A stretch of DNA of 62,382 nt, from positions 50,346,133-50,408,514 of the forward strand of contig NC_068998.1 of assembly GCF_001194135.2 (NCBI RefSeq). Reading direction: 5' to 3'. Shown one piece after another: positions 37,965 through 49,815 of this stretch. The notes under the pieces were generated by a model. The model did no database searches. It was not told where the DNA came from and saw only the letters and a list, made by a program, of their open reading frames with translations. The translations under genes and the position numbers were made by a program. Origin of the DNA: Octopus bimaculoides. Lineage: Eukaryota. The first letter of the stretch is position 1. Each line of letters begins with the position of its first letter.

Positions 37965-38510
37965 TTCAGCCTATAAATCCAGTTCAAATTCCGCCGAATC
38001 GACTTTCCAATGCGATAAAATAAGTACCATGTGAGCAGAGGGTAGATTTTGTTCACTTAGCCCTATCTCCTGAAATTGCTGGGAATATGCCAAAATTTGA
38101 AAGCATTATTTTTAAGGCGCCGATTTAGCTGAAACCTCCGCATGCCGGACAAGAGCATAACAACATTAAACTTCTGAGTTCAAACGTCATCGAAATCGAC
38201 GTTGCCTTCACACTTTCGAGGTCCATAAAATAAGTAGCAGTTGAGTGCTGAGATTAAATGAAATCGCCTAAGCCCAGCCATTAAAATGTCAGTCGTTGTG
38301 ATAAGAAAAGAACATATTATAAGCGGCAAACTGGCAGAATTGTTTCCGCACCGCAAAAATCCTAGGACTTTTACTTCTGACTTTACGTTTTGAGTTCAAG
38401 TTCCGTTGGAAACATACTTTTATCCATTCGGGGTAGAAAAAAGATCGATCAATTGTATACTGTGGTTGATGATATCCACTAGCTCGCTTCCACGTAATTC
38501 TAGGCGTTGA
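37965..38510 (+). mobile_element. Three head-to-tail SINE family A copies
   Basis: B-box GTTCAA at about 37982, 38178 and 38395; each following head (AAGGCG/AAGCGG) abuts the previous ATTATT or ATATTAT tail. Confidence 0.8.
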
Positions 38511-38554
38511 CAGCAGCAGCAGAAGCGGTAGTAGCAGCTGCAGTAGTGGTAGCT

Positions 38555-38625
<71 letters not shown>
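38511..38625 (+). repeat. Compound (CAG)n-(TAG)n microsatellite
   Basis: Direct reading. Confidence 0.95.
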
Positions 38626-38626
<1 letters not shown>

Positions 38627-38639
38627 TGGTGTATTGATA

Positions 38640-39128
38640 CGAGGTATTATCAAAATCAATCGTCCCCAAGAGCCAGACCATCGATCGAGAGTTCAACTGC
38701 AGCAAATTTTCGAAGCGTTAGCGGGAGGACAATCGGTGAAAGCGACCAGATCTGTGGAGCACGAAGAACTGGAATCCTGACGAAGACAATGCAATCTGTC
38801 ACCGAGCTCTCCTCATTCGTGAGCTTCTCGACAGATGCAACATGGTATTGCCCCGCACCCGCCCTATTCGCTATATTCAGCACCCGCAGATTCCCATCTC
38901 TTCCCGTAGATGAAAATGCAGCTCAAAGGTAGCGGTTTAACGCCATTAACCTGATCTTCATCGACTCACGGGAAATAACTTCAGGAGCGAATTCCAAAAG
39001 TGGCTGGAAAGCTGAGACCGATTTATTGCTGCACAAAATGACTATTTCGAAGAAGTGTTTAAAACTTAGATTAATAAGTTATATGTTATTAAACATAACT
39101 ACACCACGAACGTTTTGATACCACCTCG
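38640..39128 (+). mobile_element. Non-autonomous mariner deletion derivative with both TIRs and TA target duplication
   Basis: TA-CGAGGTATTATCAAAA (38638-38655) and TTTTGATACCACCTCG-TA (39113-39130), TIR match 14/16. Interior: KRPDLWSTKNWNPDEDNAICHRA...PHPPYSLYSAPADSHLFP*MKMQLKG...FQKWLES*DRFIAAQNDYFEE. Confidence 0.92.
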
Positions 39129-39880
39129 TATTAGCAGTTTAACTTATGTAAACTCTTCCCCTCTAGCATTCATTTTCTCAATCAATCATTTTCTTTTATT
39201 GATTTATGTTTTATTTGCTTAAATTTTATTTTTTTCTTCTGATTTAATTTAATCATCAATCTTCTTTCATAATAATCACCATTAACTCACAATTATGCTC
39301 ATACACACGCCAAAAAAAAAAAGATAAATATAATAATGGGAACATTTGCTGAGAGCAACACAAAATTGAACAAGCATTTATTTTATCACATTACCATAAT
39401 ATAAGTGATTAAAGAAAATAAAAGTTACACGTCTACACTGTTAATAACATTACAATTTGGTTATATGATGTCAAGAAGATTGAAACCTCTCCCGGGACAT
39501 TAACACCGTTCTACTAATTATCGAAATCATTCACAACTCTTTTCTACTTTTAATTGATTCAAATTTATTCTATTTCTGGTTTGTCATAGCGCCGTTTCTA
39601 CAGTTGTAACAGTCATCTGTATAACGACATGTTCTTATTAGATTTTAATTAATCAAATTCTCTTTTAGTCTTTAACGTGCATACTTGTTTCTGTTGTTCA
39701 GTTACAACCTATTTCAGGTGGGGTAGATCTGCATAGTTGCATCTACCCTTGTACTCATTTTCCGTTTTGTATATATTATGTCGAACATTTAGAAAACCAC
39801 ACCGTTAGTGCGACACCAGAATTCAGTATGGGTTGCTTATTTGACAAACACCGATGCACAAACGGGCACAAGCAAATACA

Positions 39881-39950
<70 letters not shown>

Positions 39951-40092
39951 GTGAGTAGAAGGGGATTAACACGGCTGAAGAAGTACTGCCGGCCATCATC
40001 GTATGTTTGATATATATATATATATATATATATATAATCGAAAATTACTATCTGTAAATCTCTCAACCAGAGACATTAAGTAAAAGTAATCT

Positions 40093-40308
40093 AGAGTAAA
40101 GATTATTTGCCAACATAACGTGGTTGTCCTTGTTAGAACAAATGCTACTGCTATTTAACCCCAGGAAACGTCATCTCAACCTGGCTATACGACACATTAT
40201 CTGTCTATCTGTATAGCCAGATGGAGACAATGTCCCTTGGAGTTAAATAACAGTAGCATTCGTCCTAACAAGGACTACCAAGTTATGTTGGCAAATAGTC
40301 ATTACTTT
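40093..40308. mobile_element. Fold-back MITE-like inverted repeat (about 98-bp arms, 20-nt spacer)
   Basis: Left arm TATTTGCCAACATAACGTGGTTGTCCTTGTTAG...CTGGCTATAC versus right arm GTATAGCCAG...CTAACAAGGACTACCAAGTTATGTTGGCAAATA; roughly 80% complementary by eye. Confidence 0.85.
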
Positions 40309-41436
40309 CTCTCTCTATATATAAATCTGTAGTATAAGATTCAGAGAAAGCTCTTACAGGCTCGGCAAATAAATATTTATTTATATAACCACGTAACTTC
40401 TTTCGGATTACTGCCGTTTCAGAGCGCATCAATAATTACTGTTTGCTTTAATAAGTATCCTCCGAATCATACAATTCTCTTCTAAAATCGTCGAATCGTT
40501 ATAGTAAACATGACGCTCTGACGATCTAATGAGCTGGCTTTGTTTATTCGCATTGATTTCTGAATATCCAATTGCGTTGTTTTCGTAAAAGTTACATAAC
40601 AAAACTAATTAATACCCAGTTGTTTTTATTATAGTATTGATGTGGGTGTAAACGTAGTGTTGCCGTTTGTTTTCTTTGCAGCTTTTTTTTTTGTTTTTAG
40701 AGAGGTAATTAATTTTTGTCAACATTAAGAGAATAATCTTAATCAATTAAATATATCCAGGTTCATAACACAGAATAGGTTACCGCGTATTTATCACAAA
40801 TATGTTAACTCAAGAAATGGTAGAACGAAATTGATTAAGTTAAAACAATAAATTAATAAGTAAGCAATAAGTAATAAGTAATAATTAATAAGGAATAAGT
40901 AAGCAACAAAGAAGTGCCGATATTTGAATACAAAGACACACATACACCACACCCGTGCGCGCACATACATTAACATATATATCATATTATGACAAGATTC
41001 CGTGACACTTGTATGTGAACAAACACGCGCGCACACATACGAGATAGAACTCAGTATATAAGGTTAACGTAAACAGTTGTCTACATGTATGTGATATATG
41101 TGTACGCGTTTTCTTTTTCCTTTAATCAACAAAAGATAATGCTATTGCTATTGCTATTTAATTTCGAAGTTCATTAAGAAGGCCTACATCATCCATCTAT
41201 TATATATTATAATCTAGCTATAGGCTGTGCACTTTAAAACAATCAAGATATCATAAATCAAAACAGAATAGACTTCGCAAAATATGCACCAATGCACTGA
41301 GACCTCATTTATTTTAAATATTTGCTGTATATTGAAAATCTACTGAAGTACTCACTACATGCCTATAGGTTATATTTGCACGTTTTCTTGGAGTCAGATT
41401 GCTGGTTGTGATTCAGATAATACATTGAATTGCAGA

Positions 41437-41990
41437 TTTTAGAACAAGGCCATCAATTTCGGGCAGTTAGTTTTACATCGGCCCAGGTACTCTATAGGTA
41501 CTTATTCTATTGGCTCTAAAAAGATGAAAGACGAAGTCAGCGTTGGTGGAATTTAAATTCAGAGGCTAAACACTGACGAAATGCCTTTATGCATTTTGCT
41601 TCGTATGCAAACGATCCTGCTAGCTCGCGCATTCACACACAGAAAATATTGTTTTCAAACTGTGGCCAGAAATTTTAGTGGAGGAGGGGGTTAGTTGATT
41701 ACATCGACACCACTGCCACACTGGCATTTCTTTTATCAACGCTGAAAGTATACAACGCAAATCAACTGCCGCAGAATTTGAAGTCAGATAGAAAAGACGG
41801 ACGAATTGTCACTACGTATTTCCCAATTATACATTTAAAATATTGCTCTCAAGTTTAAGTAATTCATGAGAGGGGTTAAGTCGATTAAATCGATTCCAGT
41901 GCTCAGGTGGTGTTTATTTTCTAGGGCCCCGAAAGCATTAAGAACTAAGAACACAAATTGAGACGAAATGCCGCAAAACTTTGTATAGCC
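41437..41990 (-). mobile_element. Three consecutive SINE family A copies (minus strand)
   Basis: Copies at about 41437-41632, 41652-41825 and 41860-41990. The first two show the GAATTT(G/A)AA..CAGA reverse B-box; the third is internally deleted. Confidence 0.75.
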
Positions 41991-42683
41991 TTCTCCAGTA
42001 TTGACACTCAGTACAGCATTATGCAGCCTATCATTTTGTAAGTATAGAGGTCAGAACGCGGTCGTTATTTGTAGCTAACTGAAAAATTTTTTTTAAAACA
42101 GCTAAAAATTTTCTCGGATTGAGGCGTCTTATGCACAAATTTTTTTTTTAAATAATCGAAGAGAAAACTGAAAGTAAATTGTTGAATTCTTTTTTTTAAT
42201 ATATATATCTAAAGATATGAAAGAAATACTAGGAAAGGTTAAACAAATGAAAATAATAAAAGAAAATGAAATTATAATTTGGGAAAGAAACAATATTAAA
42301 ATAAATGCGGACAGAATATTAAAATTATAATTTTAGTAAAAACGAAAATGTAAAAGTAGGGATGGAATACTCCAGAAATGTTTCTGAAGAAATCAATAAC
42401 TACAGACAAAAACATTATAAAATGTGTAATTAATGTTTAACCCTAGGTCAAAGCTATTCCAACAGGCGTGTAGTCGAATACACTGAAATAGAATGTGATC
42501 GCGCTGTATTTTTCTCTTTTCTATTTCAGACCAATATTTTAATAGTCAAAATTATTGAACATAAGTATGTATACCTGTACGTATGTAGAGACGAACATAT
42601 GGAATACATATACATGCATACAAATATGAAATATATAACAAATATATGTATATAGGTACACATTTACACACACACACGCACAT

Positions 42684-42716
<33 letters not shown>

Positions 42717-42964
42717 ATAGTAGTAGTAGTAGGAGTAGGATGAGGAGGAGNNNNNNNNNNNNNNNNNNNNNNNNNNNNNNNNNNNNNNNNNNNNNNNNNN
42801 NNNNNNNNNNNNNNNNNNNNNNNNNNNNNNNNNNNNNNNNNNNNNNNNNNNNNNNNNNNNNNNNNNNNNNNNNNNNNNNNNNNNNNNNNNNNNNNNNNNN
42901 NNNNNNNNNNNNNNNNNNNNNNNNNNNNNNNNNNNNNNNNNNNNNNNNNNNNNNNNNNNNNNNN

Positions 42965-43015
<51 letters not shown>

Positions 43016-43099
43016 TCTGTATATGTATGTATATATATATGAATACAGACACTAACAAACACATACACACATACTGACAGAGGCATATATATAAGAAAG

Positions 43100-43430
43100 A
43101 TACTTGAGAAATTCAAGAGCTGCTTATGGTATTCGTTGACCTTACTAAGGCCATCGACACTGTTAACTAGCAACCACTTTGGAAAATTCTGAAAAAGCTT
43201 GGTATACCTGATACGATGTTGAATGTTGTCATCTCCTTCAATGAGGGAATGAAGGCTGTTGTTGTGTCCGGTGGGCAATCTTGGGCTGCCACCGATGTTA
43301 CAAGCGGCACAAAGTAAGGTTGTATTAAGGCTCCTATTTTGTTTGTACTCTTTTTTTCAGTGATGCTGAAGTGGTGTCAAATACCAATTTCGAACACGTG
43401 GTGACCTATTTAATTCATCAGTGAACTATT
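43100..43430 (+). mobile_element. RTE-clade LINE reverse transcriptase fragment
   Basis: ELLMVFVDLTKAIDTVN*QPLWKILKKLGIPDTMLNVVISFNEGMKAVV...VTSGTK*GCIKAPILF...YQFRTRGDLFN: RT motifs FxDLxKAFD and GxKQGCxxAPxLF plus the RTE motif YRTDGxLFN. Confidence 0.93.
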
Positions 43431-43689
43431 TAATCATCAGTGAACGTACGCTTAATCGAAATCATTATTTCGATTGGCAACCGATGGGTGAACATGATAG
43501 CGTTAGGCTACTCCCTGTATATTTATTTGTAGATGTATTTTTTTAGAACGTTCTAAATACGCCATGATCGTATTCCAGGACAATCAGTCATATATTTCAA
43601 TATATTATATATCAATCCACGTTATTCCAGCCGACTTACCTATAAATAAGAAGAAATCGAGTTCTTGAGCAAACTAATTTCTCCTTCAG

Positions 43690-43800
43690 CTATAACATTC
43701 TGAAAGTCCCACTGGACCAAACGGGCAGCGAGGACCTACAAAAGTTTCTATGTCCATTGCCAACTACAATTTTCGAAAACATGGTAGATCCTATCCAGAC
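43690..43800 (+). CDS. Candidate 111-nt symmetric exon (unverified; may be an RTE endonuclease relic)
   Basis: Acceptor tttctccttcag, donor GAC|gtaagc, single open frame YNILKVPLDQTGSEDLQKFLCPLPTTIFENMVDPIQ; protein not recognised. Confidence 0.25.
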
Positions 43801-43869
43801 GTAAGCACTCGGGTATGACGATGCTTGGTCCGTCTTCCTTAAATATATTGTTTTATATGCGGTGTAGGT

Positions 43870-44390
43870 TTATTGTTGTTTAGATACAGGCTAAACAAGA
43901 CTCGCCAGACTTAAGAAGGAATACATTGAAACGTGACACTCTTGAAGTTTAGTTTAACTTGCAGAAACACTAAATCTGTATGAACTCGTAGTCTATGCAG
44001 ATTTACGATAGCTTTGACGAGATTATTTAATACATATTCTTATTTTAAGATGGTTGAGTGTTATTAGTGGGAGATTTGATTGCTAATTCTAAAAATGCTG
44101 GCGGCTAGGTACATAAACCCTCTGCTCTATAGATTTGTTCATAGTTGTTGTTGATGTTGTTATTGTTACTTAGAAACAGCTTAACCCAAATCTTGCACAA
44201 ACTATTGTAGATGTATGAGCATAGTCGTTCCAGATGTGACTATTTCATCTTTTTGTACTATTTTGGGGGAATCCACAACCACATAAATTTATACAAAGAA
44301 TAATTTTAAAGACGGTCGGAGTATGCAATGAATGTGATGTGTCTGCTATTTGTAGCTTGTCGAATGAATATGAAGAGATTATATCAGTGA
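43870..44390. repeat. Two diverged adjacent copies of an unclassified interspersed repeat
   Basis: TTTAAGATGGTTGAGTG...TTGCTAATTCTA (44043-44091) resembles TTTTAAAGACGGTCGGAGT...CTGCTATTTGTA (44304-44355). Confidence 0.35.
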
Positions 44391-44621
44391 TACACACAGA
44401 AATGGTGTACTACTCTTGAATATGGTAATCTTTTGTTTGTGTCTATTTGTTTTTGAAGCTGTATTGGTATGTAGCACAAACTAATTAACTATTTGCAAAG
44501 AAGATACAAATCGAAAACACATCTAGGAATCTGATAAGCGATCTTTTACGCTTTCCCCTTTCACTTTCTCTCTTTCTCTCTAACCCTATCCTCTCTCTCT
44601 CTCTTTCTTTCTCTCTCTCTA

Positions 44622-44670
<49 letters not shown>

Positions 44671-45079
44671 CGCGCGCACAGATATACACATTGAGATACG
44701 CTTTCCCAATCGCTCACAAACCTGTGGATGTGGATGTATGTTTGTATGTACGCATATATATGTATATANNNNNNNNNNNNNNNNNNNNNNNNNNNNNNNN
44801 NNNNNNNNNNNNNNNNNNNNNNNNNNNNNNNNNNNNNNNNNNNNNNNNNNNNNNNNNNNNNNNNNNNNNNNNNNNNNNNNNNNNNNNNNNNNNNNNNNNN
44901 NNNNNNNNNNNNNNNNNNNNNNNNNNNNNNNNNNNNNNNNNNNNNNNNNNNNNNNNNNNNNNNNNNNNNNNNNNNNNNNNNNNNNNNNNNNNNNNNNNNN
45001 NNNNNNNNNNNNNNNNNNNNNNNNNNNNNNNNNNNNNNNNNNNNNNNNNNNNNNNNNNNNNNNNNNNNNNNNNNNNNNN

Positions 45080-45153
<74 letters not shown>

Positions 45154-46287
45154 CAGCGGTCTCTGCTACCAAACATAAATGAAAAGAAAACAACCGAAAG
45201 AATGACATTAGCAATTGGCACAATTGTGATGATGATGATTGTGATGACGGCGATGGCGACGATGACGATGGTTATAATGGTAATAAATCCATTGATAAGG
45301 TAAATAAACTGAGGAAAGTGTTTCCCCATTGGTGTATCGTTTATTGCATTATCACTATAATCATTCTCTTTATATACATATAATTTAATTATAATTACTG
45401 ATATTGCGTGTTGCCATTGATTATATACCATCAACGATTCTTATTTTTGTTCCTTCTCTTTTTCACATTACCTGCACAAATATATTCCCTTTAATTCATG
45501 TGCGGCGATGTGTTACATTAGCAACAGGAAATTTGCTTTTGTGATACATCCAATTTACCCAATATCTTGTCTTTATTGTTCCTTCTTGAACGAATATTCC
45601 ATTTTGTTCGGGCTTTCTTTTGTCGAAGCAAATAAAAATGATGACAAATTCACACGTGCTACGTTTGATTTGTACTCTGTAATGTTATTTCATTAAAATT
45701 CTGTTGCAGTAGAATATATTTGGTTTTTATTTTGGGTAAAAGCTATGAAGCCTATTATATACGGTTGACAAGTTTTGGTTTTTTCTTCTTGGTAGTATGT
45801 ATAGATATTTTTATCATAGCCTGGGTTACGCAATTATTCAGAATATTTTCTTCTTTGTTCCAGTATGTACCGATGATTATATAACAACACCAAAAGACAA
45901 AATTCATTCGTTATCTTAAGGCATCGAATCGAATTTTTGTTACGGTTTTCAATAATTTTTAAACATAAAATAAAACCAAAGACATGATTTAAAAAATGAA
46001 ACAAGTTGGAATATAACGTTTTCAGCAACGTAAACTACGGAAGAAAATCAAGATCGTAACTGAAAACATTAACATAATGAAACAATTTTGAGCGTTTAAC
46101 TAACCTTTCCTTCTAGAAGGAAATATGAAGGATAACTGAAGCTTTTAATACAAAGAAACAATTTTACGAGTTCAATAAATGCATGCATCTAAACAGAAGC
46201 AAAAACATTGAAATCGCCAGTTGGGTGTGCGTGTGTGAGTGTGTATTTGTATACATCAATACATGTGTGTCTCTGTGTGTATGTGTG

Positions 46288-46334
<47 letters not shown>

Positions 46335-47039
46335 ATGTGTATGTGAGTGTTTCTGTATTCTCTCATCTTTTTACCTGATTGACTAAAATATTCGCAGAGG
46401 ATTTTCGTTACTTATTGTTTAACCTGCAAATATTGTTTTCATAACGTGTCATCATTTTATATTAATTCACTTTTCTTATAGTTTGTAACTCTCATTTCTA
46501 TTAACAAAACCGGATCTTCCACTTCAATCCTTACTCCACAGCATTCGATTAATTTTTCGCTTCACGTCCTCTCTATCAGATTTCAAAGGTTATTAAGCAT
46601 AAAAATAAAAATATTCTTTGCCAGTCGTCATTGCTTATATGACATTTTTATTGCCTTTTTTTCTAAAACAAAAGCTTAATACACATTCTACCTTAGTTCA
46701 TTGTTTCCCAATGTATAAAAAAATACATTTCCAATATGCATCTCCAATATTCATCTCCTTTCTCATTATTATACTTATAGATCCATATATCCATTTTCGG
46801 CAATTTATAGCAAAATGCTTTTCAAAATCTATCTTATTTTCCCTTATTACAGTAATATGTCTATGTATGCCTTTATATGAAGTTGCTTCAAGTCACACTT
46901 TATTTAATGGTCAGAGTGTAATAATTACATAATCTTATTTACATCTGCTTTGATATGATGGAATCTAAGCGAAAGATTGTAGTTAAAAGGCTTTGCATTT
47001 ATTAATGTTCGTCTATTCACTTAAATTCACTATATTCTT

Positions 47040-47240
47040 TGATTCCATTTCTTGTTTCAGTCATTTCATTCTCGCTATGCTGGAGCACCGCTTTTCAGTG
47101 GAATAAATCGACCCCTGAACTTATTCTGTGTAAGCCTGGTACGTATTCTATCGGTGTCTATTGCGGAACCGCTAAGTTACATGGACGTAAACACACCAAC
47201 ATCAATTGTCAAGTGATAGAGGTGGACAAACACACACATA
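47040..47240 (-). mobile_element. SINE family B, 3' half
   Basis: TTGTTTCAGTCATT...ATGCTGGAGCACCGC...TCGACCCC...AAGCCTGGTAC...CCGCTAAGTTAC...GACGTAAACACACCAAC. Confidence 0.85.
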
Positions 47241-47279
47241 CGCATATAAATATATACATGAATTCATACATTTATATAT

Positions 47280-47402
47280 GTGCCTTTCATCCTTTCGGGG
47301 TCGATAACTTAAGAACCAGTTGCGTATTGGGGTCGATGTTATCTAATGGTCCCTTCCCCAAAAATTTCGGACCTTGTGTCTTGAGGAGAACAGATTATTT
47401 TA
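47280..47402 (+). mobile_element. SINE family A, 3' half
   Basis: GCCTTTCATCCTTTCGGGGTCGATAA...CCAGTTGCGTATTGGGGTCGAT...AAATTTCGGACCTTGTG...AGATTATT. Confidence 0.88.
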
Positions 47403-48399
47403 TAACTGAGATTAATAATACATTATTGATTTATTTTTCAAAAAATATTACTGGCTGACTCATCTACACCATTCCTACGTACATTTATTCTAAATATAAT
47501 TTCGCATTAAGTTACAAGTTTCACCAACGGAGAAATACTTAATTTTGTCTCCTAATTATATGATTTCATTCAATAAATCTTATATTAATGTTCCACATTC
47601 TACTAACTTACATTTTCTTGCAGTAATGTTAAGAAATCTATTTCATTCTTTATTTATTTTCATATGTATTTATTGGATTTAGGTATTTGTTTGCATAAAA
47701 AAATATCCAACTGGGAATTAATTTTGCATATAATTTCAATATATAGCTTCCAACGAGAGTTGCTTAGTAGATAAAATTAGTAACCATGTGTGATTTGATT
47801 CAAATTTTCATTTAATTCACTTTGAAAGAGACAGATGATGAATGGAGAAACGAATTTGAAAACTTTCACCTCTCCTGGGAATAAGTTGGTTTTATACTAG
47901 CTTTCGTTTATTTCACTGACTGACAGTTTCCAACGATGATTACGTAGGACTGTAGTATGCGTCCGAAAGTGTAATAATAGCCAGTCCATGTCAAGCTGGC
48001 GAATTGACAGAACTGTTAAAATGATTGCTTATAACACTTACAGTATGTTAGTATCTGAGTTAAAATTCTACTAATGTTGAATTTGTTATTCATCTCTTAA
48101 GGCCGTAAGATAAAGAAACAATCAAGCACTCTCATCCATTTAATCTACTATGAGATCTCCCAACATTATGGTCGTGTGCAAGTTTTCGAAATCAGTATCT
48201 AATACATACCATTCGTGTTAAAATGCCACATGATTTCGCCTTGTCTTTCAAATTATCAGATTTCATTAAATTACTACCAGTCAAGTATCGATTATATACA
48301 CGCATAGCTAGAACAATTGTGTTTCGCATGTATCAAGAGAGTTTTGCACCAATAGTCAGTAAGAAGGTGAAATGCAGTATAACACATGTGAGGTGGTTT

Positions 48400-48710
48400 C
48401 TAAAATTACTTTTCTGCAGTGACACAGCAACTACCTCTTCAGATTTCGACCGTCTTTAATTTTATGGTGATGTTGGATCACACTCTCGACGTTAATAGTT
48501 TGGTCCAATGAACAAGTTGACTACATAATTTCTCAATAGAGTATCGAAGCAGCACGCTCTCAATCCATTTCGGATTCTGTGTAAGAATTATTCCCAACAT
48601 GTGAGTCAGTTGACATATTGACTCCTTATTTATAGCTGAAGAGCCTCACATATTTGTCATACAATCTTCCGGTAATACTCCATTTTTATTATAAGATCTA
48701 TTCCCTAAAT
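48400..48710 (-). mobile_element. Possible very decayed LINE RT C-terminal relic
   Basis: Reverse frame INKESICQLTHMLGIILTQNPK...KLLTSRV*SNITIKLK, weakly like the KYLG and thumb region of non-LTR RTs. Confidence 0.3.
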
Positions 48711-49582
48711 TTCAATCATTATGCAATGCGGTTATTTATTACCAGCTAATGATCCCAAATATATACCTATAACTATGCATACCTTCCTACTGCAGCCTAA
48801 CTTTTCATGTGAATGTGAGAAATCAATAGTTATTCTATACATATACATTTCGCTGTGTGCTGACTTCAATAACATTTCGCTTAACGTGTTGTTGTTTCCA
48901 TTCTACAATCGCCTCTGACACCTGTTTTGCTTTTCATATGAAATATTTGTTTCCAGGTGAGCAATCAAAGCAGAAAAGGTTTTAGAATATAAGGTTTATA
49001 TTTATTTTTAGACACAAACTCCTTGCCTCTGATCTTTGGATTCTTAGCAATTTCAGACTTTTATATTTCACAATTATTTGTTTTCTTCACTGGAGGAGAT
49101 ATATTGAGCAGAAAATTCTGGTTTCTATAGTAATATATTTAGTGTTATCGATGTATCTGCATGAATACAGATTGGATAACAAAACAAGAAATGAATGGAT
49201 GCCTGAACATCAGTCCTTCTGTAAATGGTGTGACCCTGCCCCGTTCTGTTCGTTAATTCCCCACTGCTTTCGATGGTTATTCTCTGCTAATATTTATTTT
49301 CGCTTTCTCACACATTCTTATCAATCGTTCCTATATGTTATGGTTGAATGTTTCCTTATGGATGGATAAAGAGATTTCTATAAATGTAAGTGCAGGAGGT
49401 GAAAGAAACCCAGGGTCGCATTCTGCGAACTAAATACATACATAGTGCTGATTCACATAAGTATAGTAAAACAATGGAAAACGTTGATCAACGGACAGTA
49501 TTCTTGCAATTCGTCGATAACAAGTCAATCTTGGCGTGTTTAAAATCTAAAACAACAACCAAGGATGGTAAATCCAATGTTA

Positions 49583-49815
49583 TTTATTTCTTTATTGCCT
49601 ACAGGGGGCTTAACATGGAGGGGACAAATAAGGACAGACAAAAGAATTAAGTTAGTTACATCAATCCCAGTGCGTAACTGGTACTTATTAATCGACCACG
49701 AAAGGATGAAAAGCAAATTCGACCTCGACGGAATTTGAACTCAGAACGTAAAGACAGACGAAACACCGCTAAGCATTTCGCCCGGAGTGCTAACTATTCT
49801 ACCAGCTCGCCGCTT
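49583..49815 (-). mobile_element. SINE family A, best-preserved copy, with an alternative 3' segment
   Basis: CCCAGTGCGTAACTGGTACTTATTAATCGACC...GGAATTTGAACTCAGAACGTAAAGACAGACGAAA...GCTAAGCATTTCGCCCGG...CCAGCTCGCCGC. Confidence 0.92.

Noticed and set aside
43385-43425. Minus-strand CTGATGA...GAAA hammerhead-like words
   Set aside because: No stem II between them, and they lie inside RT coding relic; chance.
43640-43735. Minus-strand exon with donor TAG|gtaagt
   Set aside because: Every frame contains a stop within the putative exon.
45200-45300. Asp-rich frame ending AAG|gtaaat
   Set aside because: Degenerate (GAT)n repeat with no acceptor.
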